Shown: positions 34,153-44,736 of the stretch, one piece after another | Numbering within the stretch: position 1 is the stretch's first letter | Layout of the letters: each line of letters opens with the position of its first letter | NCBI GenBank assembly: GCA_017461945.1 | Contig: JAFTSB010000061.1 | Location: 1,966-65,965 of the forward strand | Direction of reading: 5' to 3' | DNA from: Clostridia bacterium | GTDB taxonomy: Bacteria; Bacillota; Clostridia; Oscillospirales; CAG-272 | DNA length: 64,000 bases | The notes under the pieces: model-generated | What the model saw: only the letters and a program-made list of their open reading frames with translations | Told to the model about the DNA's origin: nothing | Databases searched by the model: none | Translations under genes and position numbers: made by a program

Positions 34153-34183
34153 TGTTGACAGGTCAACAGAATTTGTGTATACT
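34153..34183 (+). promoter_or_regulatory. marR promoter with an overlapping perfect palindrome (probable auto-operator)
   Basis: TTGACA (34155-60), a 17-nt spacer, then TATACT (34178-83). The palindrome TGTTGAC-AG-GTCAACA sits at 34153-34168. Confidence 0.5.
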
Positions 34184-34227
34184 AAGGATGCCAAAATAAA
34201 CCTTCGTATTTAGATAAGGAGTATGTC

Positions 34228-34680
34228 ATGCAAGGCAACCGTTTCGAAATTTTTTCTCCTGCCATTTTACAACTGGCCAAAAGCGTACAATACATAAAAA
34301 GCCGTAAGCTGGCTGAGTATGATCTGAAGGGCACTAACGCATTGTGTCTTTGCAAGATTCTTGATAGCAAGGACGAAGGATTGACCGCCACCGAGCTTGC
34401 CTTTACTTGCGATATTGACAAGGCTCAAGTTTCCCGTTGCATGGCAGAGTTGACCGAAAAGGGCTATGTGTATCGCAATGATATGGGTGGCCGTCGTTAC
34501 AAACAGAAATACCATCTGACCGAGGAGGGCAAAACGATTGCCGAGGATATCGACAGCGTTGCAGCCAAGGTGCAAAAGACTCTGCGTCGGGGTATTACCG
34601 CCGAGGAATTGGATAGCTTTTATCGCACGCTGAATCAGATCTGCGAAAACTTTGGCGATCTGTTGGGCAAGGAGTCCTAA
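34228..34680 (+). CDS. MarR family transcriptional regulator
   Basis: Winged-helix region LTATELAFTCDIDKAQVSRCMAELTEKGYVYR. Size is 150 aa. Confidence 0.85.
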   Translation: MQGNRFEIFSPAILQLAKSVQYIKSRKLAEYDLKGTNALCLCKILDSKDEGLTATELAFTCDIDKAQVSRCMAELTEKGYVYRNDMGGRRYKQKYHLTEEGKTIAEDIDSVAAKVQKTLRRGITAEELDSFYRTLNQICENFGDLLGKES

Positions 34681-34720
34681 AAAAATCCCGTTAGCCTTTT
34701 GGCTAACGGGATTTTTTTAT
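34681..34720. terminator. bidirectional intrinsic terminator
   Basis: AAAAATCCCGTTAGCC / GGCTAACGGGATTTTT stem with loop TTTT, between convergent genes. Confidence 0.8.
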
Positions 34721-36015
34721 CCGTTCTTCTCGATGCAATTCCGCTCCAATGCGTTGAGAAAGCCGGTGCCGGCAAAAATTTTATAGGCACCTACCGTGGC
34801 GCCGTTGTCAATGGGTTGCGCTTGCTCTTCGCTGCCGGCAAACAAGGCAAAGGGAACGGGATTGACGATCAGTACGCGCTGCCCATCGCCCTCAAAGGAA
34901 AAATCGGTTTTGGTTGTAAAACGCAGAATTTCCAGCTTCTGATACCAACGGGTTCCCCCAAGTGCGCGTCCCGCACCACCAAGAAACTCTGAGGAAATGT
35001 GCATGTGGCGAGAGGGCAAAATGCGCAGGCCCCAAATGTGTATGACGTGCGCCACACCGTCGGGGGAAATGGACATGGCATTCCCACGGGAAATCCCTGC
35101 AATCAGCTTACAGGAATAGGTTTTGCCGTGTGCCGCTACGGTAAAATCCAAACCGCTCCCAATGCGAAAAACAGAGCGGTAAGGTCGCCGGACTGGGGAG
35201 AGCGAAAAACCACATTTCTCGCACCGTTCCCGCAGATTTTTTAAAAATTTACCGCGAATACGCAGAGCACGAAGATAGCGATATAAGATGCAAATCAATA
35301 TCACCGCTGCGATAACGGCTCCCACAAGGCTAAAGCTGACCGCCGCCAGCATCGAAAGCGCACCAAGCAAGATCAAAATGATGGGCGGCAATGCCAACAG
35401 GGCTACAAAAAAGAGCAAAGAAGCGCCGGCCAGCGCCCCACCCAGATTGCCTTCCCCTTCGGGGCGTTGCGCCAGGTCGTTTTCCTGCCAGGTGTAAAAG
35501 GCGGAAATGTGTTGCCAAAGGTTGAAACCAAAGGTTAAAGGCAACAGAATACAAAGCAGCAGTAGCTTTTGAACCGCTCTGGCGAGCGACGAGCTGTGAA
35601 AAAGCAGATACGTCAAGGGGTATATGCCGCTCTCAAGGGGCAGCAACAGGAACATGGCACCCAAAGTGACGGTTTCGATCCAGAAGGAGTGAGAATGTAG
35701 CACCCACCCGGCACATTCACGAAAACGGAGCTCCTTCTCCGCGCCGGGGTAAAGCGCCTCGCGTGTGGAACGGTCTCGCACGGCGAAAATACGCAGAACG
35801 GTATTCAGCCAAAAGATCAGAATCAGGCATTGTACCGCAAATGGGAATTGAAACATATCCGCATCCGGCGTGCCTTGAAAGCGGCGGTCGGTCATGGCGT
35901 AGCTGAACAATATGTAAAAGGAGCAGCCGAGAGACATCACAATCGCAAAGGTCGCGTACATGGCGATTGATCGCCATATGAGCAAATAAACGGATAAGCC
36001 CTTTTGTGTATCCAT
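34717..36015 (-). CDS. 432-aa polytopic membrane protein with a ~170-aa soluble C-terminal domain, unknown function
   Basis: Multiple hydrophobic spans in the first ~250 aa. The C-terminal part (CEKCGFSLSP ... VLIVNPVPFALFAG ...) matches no family I recognise. Confidence 0.65.
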   Translation of the reverse strand: MDTQKGLSVYLLIWRSIAMYATFAIVMSLGCSFYILFSYAMTDRRFQGTPDADMFQFPFAVQCLILIFWLNTVLRIFAVRDRSTREALYPGAEKELRFRECAGWVLHSHSFWIETVTLGAMFLLLPLESGIYPLTYLLFHSSSLARAVQKLLLLCILLPLTFGFNLWQHISAFYTWQENDLAQRPEGEGNLGGALAGASLLFFVALLALPPIILILLGALSMLAAVSFSLVGAVIAAVILICILYRYLRALRIRGKFLKNLRERCEKCGFSLSPVRRPYRSVFRIGSGLDFTVAAHGKTYSCKLIAGISRGNAMSISPDGVAHVIHIWGLRILPSRHMHISSEFLGGAGRALGGTRWYQKLEILRFTTKTDFSFEGDGQRVLIVNPVPFALFAGSEEQAQPIDNGATVGAYKIFAGTGFLNALERNCIEKNG

Positions 36016-36100
36016 AACCGACCTCCTTTTTCAAAAATCGCATAACGTGTCTGGGTTTTTATGACATTTTCTTCACATAAGTGGGAAATCTCACTCCAAA

Positions 36101-37228
36101 TCAATCAAATGTCATCTGCGCCGCCACCTGTTCCAACAGCTCTCCTGCGTGCGTCATAGAATAGGCCGAGGAGGGGGCAATATCACCAATGGCGTGAATG
36201 TCAGTAAGGCCCATATCCATCAGTGCCTGTTTGTCGTCTCCAATGCATCCCACCAGAACATATACCGGTATCCCTTGCGCGGCGGCCGCCTGGGCCACGC
36301 CGCTGATGGCTTTTCCATAAAGACTTTGACGATCGATCTTACCTTCGCCGGTGATCACGGCATCCGCTCCGTGTAGCAGGGATGTAAAGGAAACGGCGTC
36401 CAGCACGGCATCAATGCCGGAACGGATGGTAGCACCGCAAAATGCCAATAGTGGCGTGGCGATGCCGCCACCGGCACCGCAGCCCGGGATGATCGCCACA
36501 TCCCGGCCACACCGCTGTTGGATCAGCGCGGCATAGTGCTTCATGCCGGCTTCCATCTTAGACAAGGCTGTCTCGTCCGCGCCCTTTTGACGGGCGTAAA
36601 CATAGGTGGCACCTTCGGGGCCCAGCAGGGGATTTTTTACATCGGTGGCAACCGTTACCGTGCAAGCGGCAAGGCGGGGATCCAGCCCCGATAAGTCGAT
36701 GGCGCAGATCCGATCCAGCGTGCCTCCCGTAGGTACGAAATTGCGACCGCTTTTATCGGTGAAGGATGCACCCAGCGCCGCCAGCATACCGCATCCACCG
36801 TCGTTGGTTCCGCTTCCGCCGGCGGTCAGCAAGATGTCGCGGAAGCCCCGATTCAAAGCCGCCGCGATCAGCTCGCCCACGCCATAGGTGGTGGCGGTGG
36901 CAGCATTGCGCTTTTCTTCGGGTACCAATGTCAGTCCTGCGGCGCGCGCCATTTCAATGATGGCGGTTTTTCCGATATACCCATAAGCGGCATTGGTTTT
37001 ATCACCGCCCGTTCCGGTTACCGTTGCGGTATAGGTGCTTTTGGGCGAGACCAATGCCTCCAGCGTGCCCTCACCACCGTCAGCGATGGGGGTGGTCAGC
37101 AGAGTGGCATCCGGGGCAACGGCGGGGTTTTTTTGCAGGCCACGACGAATGGCATCTGCCGCTTCGCCTGCCGAAATGCTGCCCTTGAAGGAATCGGGCG
37201 CGATAAGGATTTTTTTTATGGTGTGCAT
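36101..37228 (-). CDS. glycerate kinase
   Basis: Hallmark N-terminus KILIAPDSFKGS and a glycerate-kinase-family length and pattern (GGSGTNDGG, GEGKID). Confidence 0.9.
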   Translation of the reverse strand: MHTIKKILIAPDSFKGSISAGEAADAIRRGLQKNPAVAPDATLLTTPIADGGEGTLEALVSPKSTYTATVTGTGGDKTNAAYGYIGKTAIIEMARAAGLTLVPEEKRNAATATTYGVGELIAAALNRGFRDILLTAGGSGTNDGGCGMLAALGASFTDKSGRNFVPTGGTLDRICAIDLSGLDPRLAACTVTVATDVKNPLLGPEGATYVYARQKGADETALSKMEAGMKHYAALIQQRCGRDVAIIPGCGAGGGIATPLLAFCGATIRSGIDAVLDAVSFTSLLHGADAVITGEGKIDRQSLYGKAISGVAQAAAAQGIPVYVLVGCIGDDKQALMDMGLTDIHAIGDIAPSSAYSMTHAGELLEQVAAQMTFD

Positions 37229-37402
37229 ATATGCAGCTCCTTTCGGGGAGTACTTGCCTATATTTTACCATAAATGGCGCAAAAACACAACAGAAAAATG
37301 GTTTTTTCTTGTATTTTTGTTGTAAAAAACAAACAAAAAAATGCCTTTCCGTCTTTGTTTTTTGTGCGAAAAAGGAAAAATGAATTTTTAATCAAAAAAA
37401 TA

Positions 37403-37431
37403 TTGACGAGAAAGGCGCGGTTTATTATAAT
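37403..37431 (+). promoter_or_regulatory. sigma-A-like promoter of the BCAA operon leader
   Basis: TTGACG (37403-08), a 17-nt spacer, then TATAAT (37426-31). Confidence 0.55.
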
Positions 37432-37440
37432 AATAACAAT

Positions 37441-37730
37441 AAGAAAGGCGATGACAGGAAGCAATGTTTGTCGGGCTGCATAGAGAGCTGCCGGTTGGTG
37501 TAAGGCAGCGTGCAAGGCAAGCGATAACTCATCCTCGAGCTGCCGATCGAAAGGCCCCCGTGGCCTGGTAGAATCGGACGGGTCCTCCCGTTATAGGGTA
37601 GCCGTGTATCGGCACGGCGTGAGTGGGTGCGTGCACCAAGCAAGAGTGGTACCGCGGAGAGCATAAGGCCTTCGTCTCTTTTATGCAAAAGCAAATGTTC
37701 TGTGCTGTTTGCGTAAAGGAGGCCTTTTTT
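37441..37730 (+). promoter_or_regulatory. T-box riboswitch leader, probable Leu (CUC) specifier
   Basis: Stem I start GCGATGA..GGAAG, AGAGAG box (37482-87), and GGTTGGTG distal motif. Candidate specifier CTC-A at 37528-31. T-box core GTGGTACCGCG at 37646-56 (UGGU would pair with an ACCA end). T-run at 37725-30. I did not fully resolve the exact terminator pairing. Confidence 0.8.
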
Positions 37731-37770
37731 GTTTCAAATGGCACTTTACCGTAGCGGAAAGGAAAGTCTC

Positions 37771-39435
37771 ATGCAAAACGTTGCAAAGTACAAAAAACAA
37801 TATTTCATACCCGAGGGCGTGACAATGGATTGGATCCATAAGGATGCCGTCGAGCAGCCTCCCATTTGGTGCTCGGTGGATCTGCGTGACGGAAACCAGG
37901 CTCTTGTGACCCCGATGGACCTTTCAGAAAAGCTTCATTTTTTCAAGTTGCTTTGCAAGCTTGGCTTTAAGGAAATCGAGATCGGTTTTCCCGCTGCTTC
38001 TGAAACCGAGTATACCTTCTGCCGTACCTTGATCGAGCAGGGACTGATTCCCGACGATGTGACCATCCAGGTGTTGACCCAATCCCGTGAGCATATCATT
38101 GCCAAGACCTTTGAGGCGTTGCGGGGCGCCAAGCATGCCATCGTGCATCTGTATAACTCCACCTCTGTGGCCCAGCGCGAGCAGGTGTTCCGCCGTTCCA
38201 AGGAGGAGATCATTGCCATTGCCGAGGCCGGCGCCAAGCTTTGCCGTGAGTATCGCCAAAAAACCGAAGGGCATTTTACCTTTGAATACTCTCCCGAAAG
38301 CTTTACCGGTACCGAGCCCGAATTTGCCGTGGAGATCTGTAATCGGGTGCTGGATATCTGGCAGCCCACCCCCACGGATAAGGTGATCATCAATCTGCCT
38401 GTTACCGTGTCGCACTCTATGCCTCACATCTATGGCGCGCAGGTGGAATATATGTGCAAAAATCTGCAGGGGAGAGAAAACCTGATCATTTCCTTGCACC
38501 CCCACAACGACCGTGGCTGTGCTGTGGCCGATAGTGAGATGGGCCTGCTTGCCGGCGGCGACCGTATCGAGGGTACGCTGTTTGGTAACGGCGAGCGCAC
38601 GGGCAACGTGGATATCATCACGCTGGCGTTGAATCTGTATTCCCAAGGCATTGATCCGGGCCTGAATTTCTCGAATCTGCCCGCCATTACCGAGGTGTAT
38701 GAAAAGGTCACCGGTATGCACGTGTACGAGCGACAGCCCTATAGTGGCAAGCTGGTTTTTGCCGCCTTCAGCGGCTCGCACCAGGATGCCATTGCCAAGG
38801 GTATGAAATGGCGTGAGGAAAAGGGTGGCGTTTGGAATGTCCCCTATCTTCCCATCGACCCCGTGGATGTGGGCCGTGTATACGAAGCCGACGTGATCCG
38901 CATCAACTCCCAATCGGGCAAGGGCGGCATCGGCTACATTCTGGAGACCCATTATCACCATACCCTCCCTGCCAAAATGCGTGAGGCCTTTGGCTATCAC
39001 GTCAAAAGCATTTCCGATCACGAGCATCGCGAGCTGATGCCCCGTGAGGTCTATGACATTTTTGTGCGGGATTTCGTCAATCGCAACGACGTGCTGAAGG
39101 TGGAAAAGGTCACCTATGTCGAAACCGATACCGGTGTGCTTGCCATTGCGCGGTTGCGTTTGGATAAGCGCTCGATCGAGATCACGGCATCGGGCAATGG
39201 TCGTTTGGATGCGATCAATAACGCCATTCGCAAGGTGCTGGGTAAGGAATATGTCCTTGAAAAATACGAGCAGCATGCCCTGGAGGCGCGATCCACCTCG
39301 CAGGCTGCCGCTTACGTGGGCATCCGCCTAGGCGAGCAAGTCCATTGGGGTGCCGGCATCGACAGCGATATCATCGAATCGTCGGTGCGTGCTTTGGTCA
39401 GCGCGGTCAATCGCATGCTGGCGGCAGAACAGTAA
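37771..39435 (+). CDS. leuA: 2-isopropylmalate synthase (long LeuA type)
   Basis: PIWCSVDLRDGNQAL and HPHNDRG motifs plus a C-terminal LeuA dimerisation/regulatory region. ATG 37771 follows GGAAAGGAAAG. Confidence 0.9.
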   Translation: MQNVAKYKKQYFIPEGVTMDWIHKDAVEQPPIWCSVDLRDGNQALVTPMDLSEKLHFFKLLCKLGFKEIEIGFPAASETEYTFCRTLIEQGLIPDDVTIQVLTQSREHIIAKTFEALRGAKHAIVHLYNSTSVAQREQVFRRSKEEIIAIAEAGAKLCREYRQKTEGHFTFEYSPESFTGTEPEFAVEICNRVLDIWQPTPTDKVIINLPVTVSHSMPHIYGAQVEYMCKNLQGRENLIISLHPHNDRGCAVADSEMGLLAGGDRIEGTLFGNGERTGNVDIITLALNLYSQGIDPGLNFSNLPAITEVYEKVTGMHVYERQPYSGKLVFAAFSGSHQDAIAKGMKWREEKGGVWNVPYLPIDPVDVGRVYEADVIRINSQSGKGGIGYILETHYHHTLPAKMREAFGYHVKSISDHEHRELMPREVYDIFVRDFVNRNDVLKVEKVTYVETDTGVLAIARLRLDKRSIEITASGNGRLDAINNAIRKVLGKEYVLEKYEQHALEARSTSQAAAYVGIRLGEQVHWGAGIDSDIIESSVRALVSAVNRMLAAEQ

Positions 39436-39450
39436 ACAGGAGAAATATGT

Positions 39451-41151
39451 ATGAAATTAACCGGAGCAGAAATTATCATTAAAACCCTGATCGAGCAGGG
39501 TGTTACCGACGTGTTCGGCTACCCCGGCGGACAGGTGATCAACATTTATGATGCATTATACAAGTATCGCGATCAGATCAACCACGTGCTGACTGCACAC
39601 GAGCAAGGGGCCTCCCACGCTGCCGATGGCTATTCCCGTGCCACGGGCAAGGTGGGTGTTTGCATTGCTACCTCAGGACCCGGCGCCACCAACCTGGTGA
39701 CCGGTATTGCAACCGCTATGCTGGATTCCATCCCTATGGTCGCTATTACCGGCAACGTGCCCTGCTCGCTGATCGGCAAGGATAGCTTTCAGGAAATCGA
39801 TATTACCGGCATCACGCTGCCCATTACCAAGCACAATTATTTTGTCAACGATATTGCCAAGTTGGCCGATAGCATCCGCGAGGCCTTCCGTATCGCCCGT
39901 TCCGGTCGCCCCGGCCCCGTGCTGGTGGATGTGCCCAAGGACGTACAGGTCGCAACCTATGAGTTTGAGGAACAGCCCATCCCCGAAAAATTCCCCCTGA
40001 AAAAGGCCGAGCAATGCGAAATTAACGAGGCCATTGCGCTGCTGAACGCTTCCAAACGCCCCTATATCTACATCGGCGGCGGTGCCGCCGGTCTTGGCCT
40101 TGGTCATGAGATCGAGGCGCTGGCAAATAAGCTGGATGCCTATATCGGCTGTACCTTTATGGGCCTTTCCGCTGTCAATAACGACTGTGACCGATTCCTC
40201 GGTATGCAGGGTATGCACGGCCATTACGCCTCCTCTATGGCACAAAAGGATGCCGATCTGATCCTTGGCATCGGTGTGCGTTTTAGTGATCGTGCCACGG
40301 GTAACGTTGCCAAATACGCCAAAGGCACCAAGGTGATCCAGCTGGATCCCGACTTCTCTGAGATCAATAAAAACGTGCTGGTGGATCTGGGCATCGTGGG
40401 CGATGTAAAGGATGCCTTCTTGCGCATTGCCGCAGGTGTGGACAAGGCCGATCACCCCGACTGGAAAGCAGTGGTGGAAGCCCATCGCACCCGTGAAGCC
40501 CAGTTCGATGCCGAGCAACGCGCCCAGGCAGGGGAGCGTCTGACCCCCAGACGGTTGTTTGACATTGTCAATGCCAACAAGCTGCCCCATACGGTGTTCG
40601 TCACCGATGTAGGTCAGCACCAGATGTGGACGGCACAATATGCCGAATTTGATGCCCCTCGCCGCTTTGTTTCCAGCGGTGGTCTTGGCACGATGGGCTT
40701 TGGCCTGGGTGCGGCCATCGGTGCCCGGGTTGCTACGGGCGATCCCACAGTGCTGATCACCGGTGACGGCAGCTTTGGTATGAACCTCAACGAGCTGGCC
40801 ACCGCCGTCAGCTACCAATTGCCCCTTGTGATCGTGATCGTCAACAACGGTGTGCTGGGTATGGTACGCCAATGGCAGACCTTGTTCTTTGGCGGACGCT
40901 ATTCCAATACCGTGCTGGAGCGAAAAACCAACTTTGTCAAGCTGGCCGAGGCCTTTGGTGCCGTTGGCATGGCTGCGGCTACGCCCGAGGAATTGGAAGT
41001 TGCCTTTCGACAGGCGGTGAAGGTGAATGGCCCCGTGGTGATCGATGCCTATATCGACAAGGATGAATTCGTTCTGCCTATGCTGCCCCCCGGTGGCTCG
41101 ATCGAGGATATCATCACCGCAGCCAAAAAGAAAGGGGAGAGTGAAGCATGA
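39451..41151 (+). CDS. ilvB: acetolactate synthase large subunit
   Basis: TPP-enzyme pattern: GYPGGQVINIYDAL, GPGATNLVTG and GLGTMGFGLGAAIGA ... GDGSFGMN. Confidence 0.9.
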   Translation: MKLTGAEIIIKTLIEQGVTDVFGYPGGQVINIYDALYKYRDQINHVLTAHEQGASHAADGYSRATGKVGVCIATSGPGATNLVTGIATAMLDSIPMVAITGNVPCSLIGKDSFQEIDITGITLPITKHNYFVNDIAKLADSIREAFRIARSGRPGPVLVDVPKDVQVATYEFEEQPIPEKFPLKKAEQCEINEAIALLNASKRPYIYIGGGAAGLGLGHEIEALANKLDAYIGCTFMGLSAVNNDCDRFLGMQGMHGHYASSMAQKDADLILGIGVRFSDRATGNVAKYAKGTKVIQLDPDFSEINKNVLVDLGIVGDVKDAFLRIAAGVDKADHPDWKAVVEAHRTREAQFDAEQRAQAGERLTPRRLFDIVNANKLPHTVFVTDVGQHQMWTAQYAEFDAPRRFVSSGGLGTMGFGLGAAIGARVATGDPTVLITGDGSFGMNLNELATAVSYQLPLVIVIVNNGVLGMVRQWQTLFFGGRYSNTVLERKTNFVKLAEAFGAVGMAAATPEELEVAFRQAVKVNGPVVIDAYIDKDEFVLPMLPPGGSIEDIITAAKKKGESEA

Positions 41152-41648
41152 GCAACAAATTTGTGATCGCCGTATACGTGGATAACCAGTTCGGCGTGTT
41201 GACCCGCGTGACCAGTATGTTCACCCGGCGTGGCTTTAACATCGACGCATTGACAGTCGGTGAAACCGAATCCCCCGCATACTCTCGCATTACCATTTCC
41301 TTGTCCGGTGACGGATACGCAAGAGAGCAGCTGATCAATCAGATGCGCAAGCTGTTCAATGTGAAAAAGGTAGAGGTGCTGGAGGATGACAAATGCATCA
41401 AGCGCGAGCTGATGCTGATCAAGATCAACAACAAGCCCGAAAACCGCGCCGATATCCACTTTGCCGTGGATGCCTACCGCGCCAAGGTGGTGGATTATAC
41501 CACCGACGGTATGTGCATTGAGGTCACGGGCGACCCTACCAAGATCGATGCCTTTGTAGAGCTGATGAAGCCCTTTGGCATCATTGAGATCTGCCGCACC
41601 GGTATTGTGGCATTGGAGCGCGGTACCACCTCGCTTCTGGAAAAGTAA
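41148..41648 (+). CDS. ilvN: acetolactate synthase small (regulatory) subunit
   Basis: ACT-domain N-terminus VDNQFGVLTRVTSMFTRRGFNIDALTVG. 4-nt overlap with ilvB. Confidence 0.9.
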   Translation: MSNKFVIAVYVDNQFGVLTRVTSMFTRRGFNIDALTVGETESPAYSRITISLSGDGYAREQLINQMRKLFNVKKVEVLEDDKCIKRELMLIKINNKPENRADIHFAVDAYRAKVVDYTTDGMCIEVTGDPTKIDAFVELMKPFGIIEICRTGIVALERGTTSLLEK

Positions 41649-41665
41649 GCAAAAAAATCATATAA

Positions 41666-42709
<1,044 letters not shown>

Positions 42710-42721
42710 TCTGGTTGCCCA

Positions 42722-42789
42722 ATAAACGTCGCAATACGTCGTTGCTCCGCGCAGATGGCCTCGCCGTACAAAAGTACGCCGTCGCCCCT
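42722..42789. repeat. 68-bp direct repeat, copy 1 (5' module of a palindromic intergenic element family)
   Basis: 65 of 68 positions match 42881-42948. It shares GCAATNCGTCGTTGCTCC with the 52.3-kb elements. It is followed by the family 3' module TTGCGGTGCGCCTCGTCTTGC. Confidence 0.7.
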
Positions 42790-42880
42790 CTGCTTGCGGT
42801 GCGCCTCGTCTTGCTCGTTTCTTGAACAAACACGGCTACCGATGTCTCGCTACCTGCGGCGCCCCGTGACTGTTTACTCT

Positions 42881-42948
42881 ATAAACGTCGCAATACGTCG
42901 TTGCTCCGCGCAGACGACCTCGCTGTACAAAAGTACGCCGTCGCCCCT
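42881..42948. repeat. 68-bp direct repeat, copy 2
   Basis: It differs from copy 1 at 3 positions (CAGATGGCCTCGCCGT versus CAGACGACCTCGCTGT). Confidence 0.7.
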
Positions 42949-43043
42949 TGCGGCCGCATGTCGAAGGCTATCGTAAAGGCACACAAGCGCTATGCGTTTG
43001 TGTGCCCCATACAGTAACTTTCCAAATACAGGAGGGAATTACC

Positions 43044-44705
43044 ATGATTAAGGATACCATTGTGAACGGCTGCGACAACGCGCCACACCGTTCGCTCTAT
43101 AACGCGCTGGGCCTCACTGCCGAGGAACTGCAAAAACCCCTCATCGGCATCGTTTGCTCCTATAATGAGATCGTGCCCGGTCACATGAATCTAGATAAGA
43201 TCGCCGAGGCGGTCAAGCTTGGCGTTGCTATGGCGGGCGGCACTCCCATTATGTTTCCGGCCATTGCCGTTTGTGACGGCATTGCCATGGGTCACGAGGG
43301 TATGAAATACTCTCTTGTCACCCGTGATCTGATCGCTGACTCCACCGAGGCCATGGTCAAGGCCCATGGCTTTGACGGTCTTGTGATGATCCCTAACTGC
43401 GACAAGAACGTGCCCGGATTGCTGATGGCTTCTGCACGTCTCAACATTCCCACCGTATTTGTCAGCGGTGGTCCGATGCTTGCCGGCCGTGTGGGTGGCA
43501 AAAAGACCAGCCTTTCCTCTATGTTCGAGGCGGTTGGCGCCTATCACGCAGGCAAGATCGACGATGCCAAGCTGAACGAATTTGAGTGCAAGACCTGCCC
43601 CACCTGTGGTTCTTGCTCCGGTATGTATACTGCCAACTCTATGAACTGTCTCACCGAGGTGCTGGGTATGGGTCTGCGGGGGAACGGTACCATCCCTGCC
43701 GCTTATTCCGCTCGCATCCAACTGGCCAAGCATGCCGGTATGCAGGTGATGGAGCTGGTTAAGCAGAACATCCGTCCCCGTGACGTGATGACAGCAGCGG
43801 CCATCCGCAATGCCATTACTGCGGATATGGCGTTGGGCTGCTCCACCAACTCGATGCTGCACTTGCCGGCTATTGCCAACGAGTGCGGCGTGACATTTGA
43901 TCTGGAGGAGGTCAACCGCATCAGCGAAAGGACCCCCAACCTGTGCCATCTGGCCCCTGCAGGCCCCACCTACATGGAGGATTTGAACGAGGCTGGCGGC
44001 GTGTATGCCGTACTGAAGGAGATTTCCAAGCTGGGTCTGTTGGATACCTCTGTGATGACTTGTACCGGCAAGACCATGGCAGAGAATATTGCCGATGCCG
44101 AAATTTTGGATGACACGGTTATCCGCCACGTCTCCAATCCTTACAGCGCTACCGGCGGTATTGCTGTGCTCAAGGGTAATCTTGCCCCCGATGGCTGTGT
44201 GGTCAAGAGAAGCGCGGTTGCCCCCGAAATGCTGGTGCATGAGGGTCCTGCCAAGGTCTTTGAAAGCGAGGAGGAGGCCATCGAGGCCATCCATGGCGGC
44301 AAAATCGTGGCCGGTGATGTGGTGGTGATCCGTTACGAGGGTCCTGCCGGTGGTCCCGGTATGCGCGAAATGCTCAATCCCACCTCGGCCATTCAGGGCA
44401 TGGGCCTCGGTGCCTCGGTGGCATTGATCACCGACGGCCGTTTCTCGGGGGCCACTCGCGGTGCCTCCATTGGTCATTGCTCGCCCGAGGCGGTCAGCGG
44501 CGGCCCGATTGCCTATGTAAAGGATGGAGACATCATTTCCATTGATATTCCTGCCTATAAGATCGAGCTGAAGGTCTCCGATGAGGAGATGGCCAAGCGC
44601 CGTGCCGAGATGCCCATCAAGAAGAAAGAGAACATCTCCGGCTACCTCAAGCGCTACGCCGCTATGGTCAGCTCCGCCGATAAAGGCGCTATTTTGAATT
44701 ACTGA
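43044..44705 (+). CDS. ilvD: dihydroxy-acid dehydratase
   Basis: IlvD/Edd family motifs ([17 protein letters not shown] [12 protein letters not shown]). ATG 43044 follows AGGAGGG. Confidence 0.95.
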   Translation: MIKDTIVNGCDNAPHRSLYNALGLTAEELQKPLIGIVCSYNEIVPGHMNLDKIAEAVKLGVAMAGGTPIMFPAIAVCDGIAMGHEGMKYSLVTRDLIADSTEAMVKAHGFDGLVMIPNCDKNVPGLLMASARLNIPTVFVSGGPMLAGRVGGKKTSLSSMFEAVGAYHAGKIDDAKLNEFECKTCPTCGSCSGMYTANSMNCLTEVLGMGLRGNGTIPAAYSARIQLAKHAGMQVMELVKQNIRPRDVMTAAAIRNAITADMALGCSTNSMLHLPAIANECGVTFDLEEVNRISERTPNLCHLAPAGPTYMEDLNEAGGVYAVLKEISKLGLLDTSVMTCTGKTMAENIADAEILDDTVIRHVSNPYSATGGIAVLKGNLAPDGCVVKRSAVAPEMLVHEGPAKVFESEEEAIEAIHGGKIVAGDVVVIRYEGPAGGPGMREMLNPTSAIQGMGLGASVALITDGRFSGATRGASIGHCSPEAVSGGPIAYVKDGDIISIDIPAYKIELKVSDEEMAKRRAEMPIKKKENISGYLKRYAAMVSSADKGAILNY

Positions 44706-44736
44706 TTTTAACTTTTTGATAAGAGAGGAAATTATT

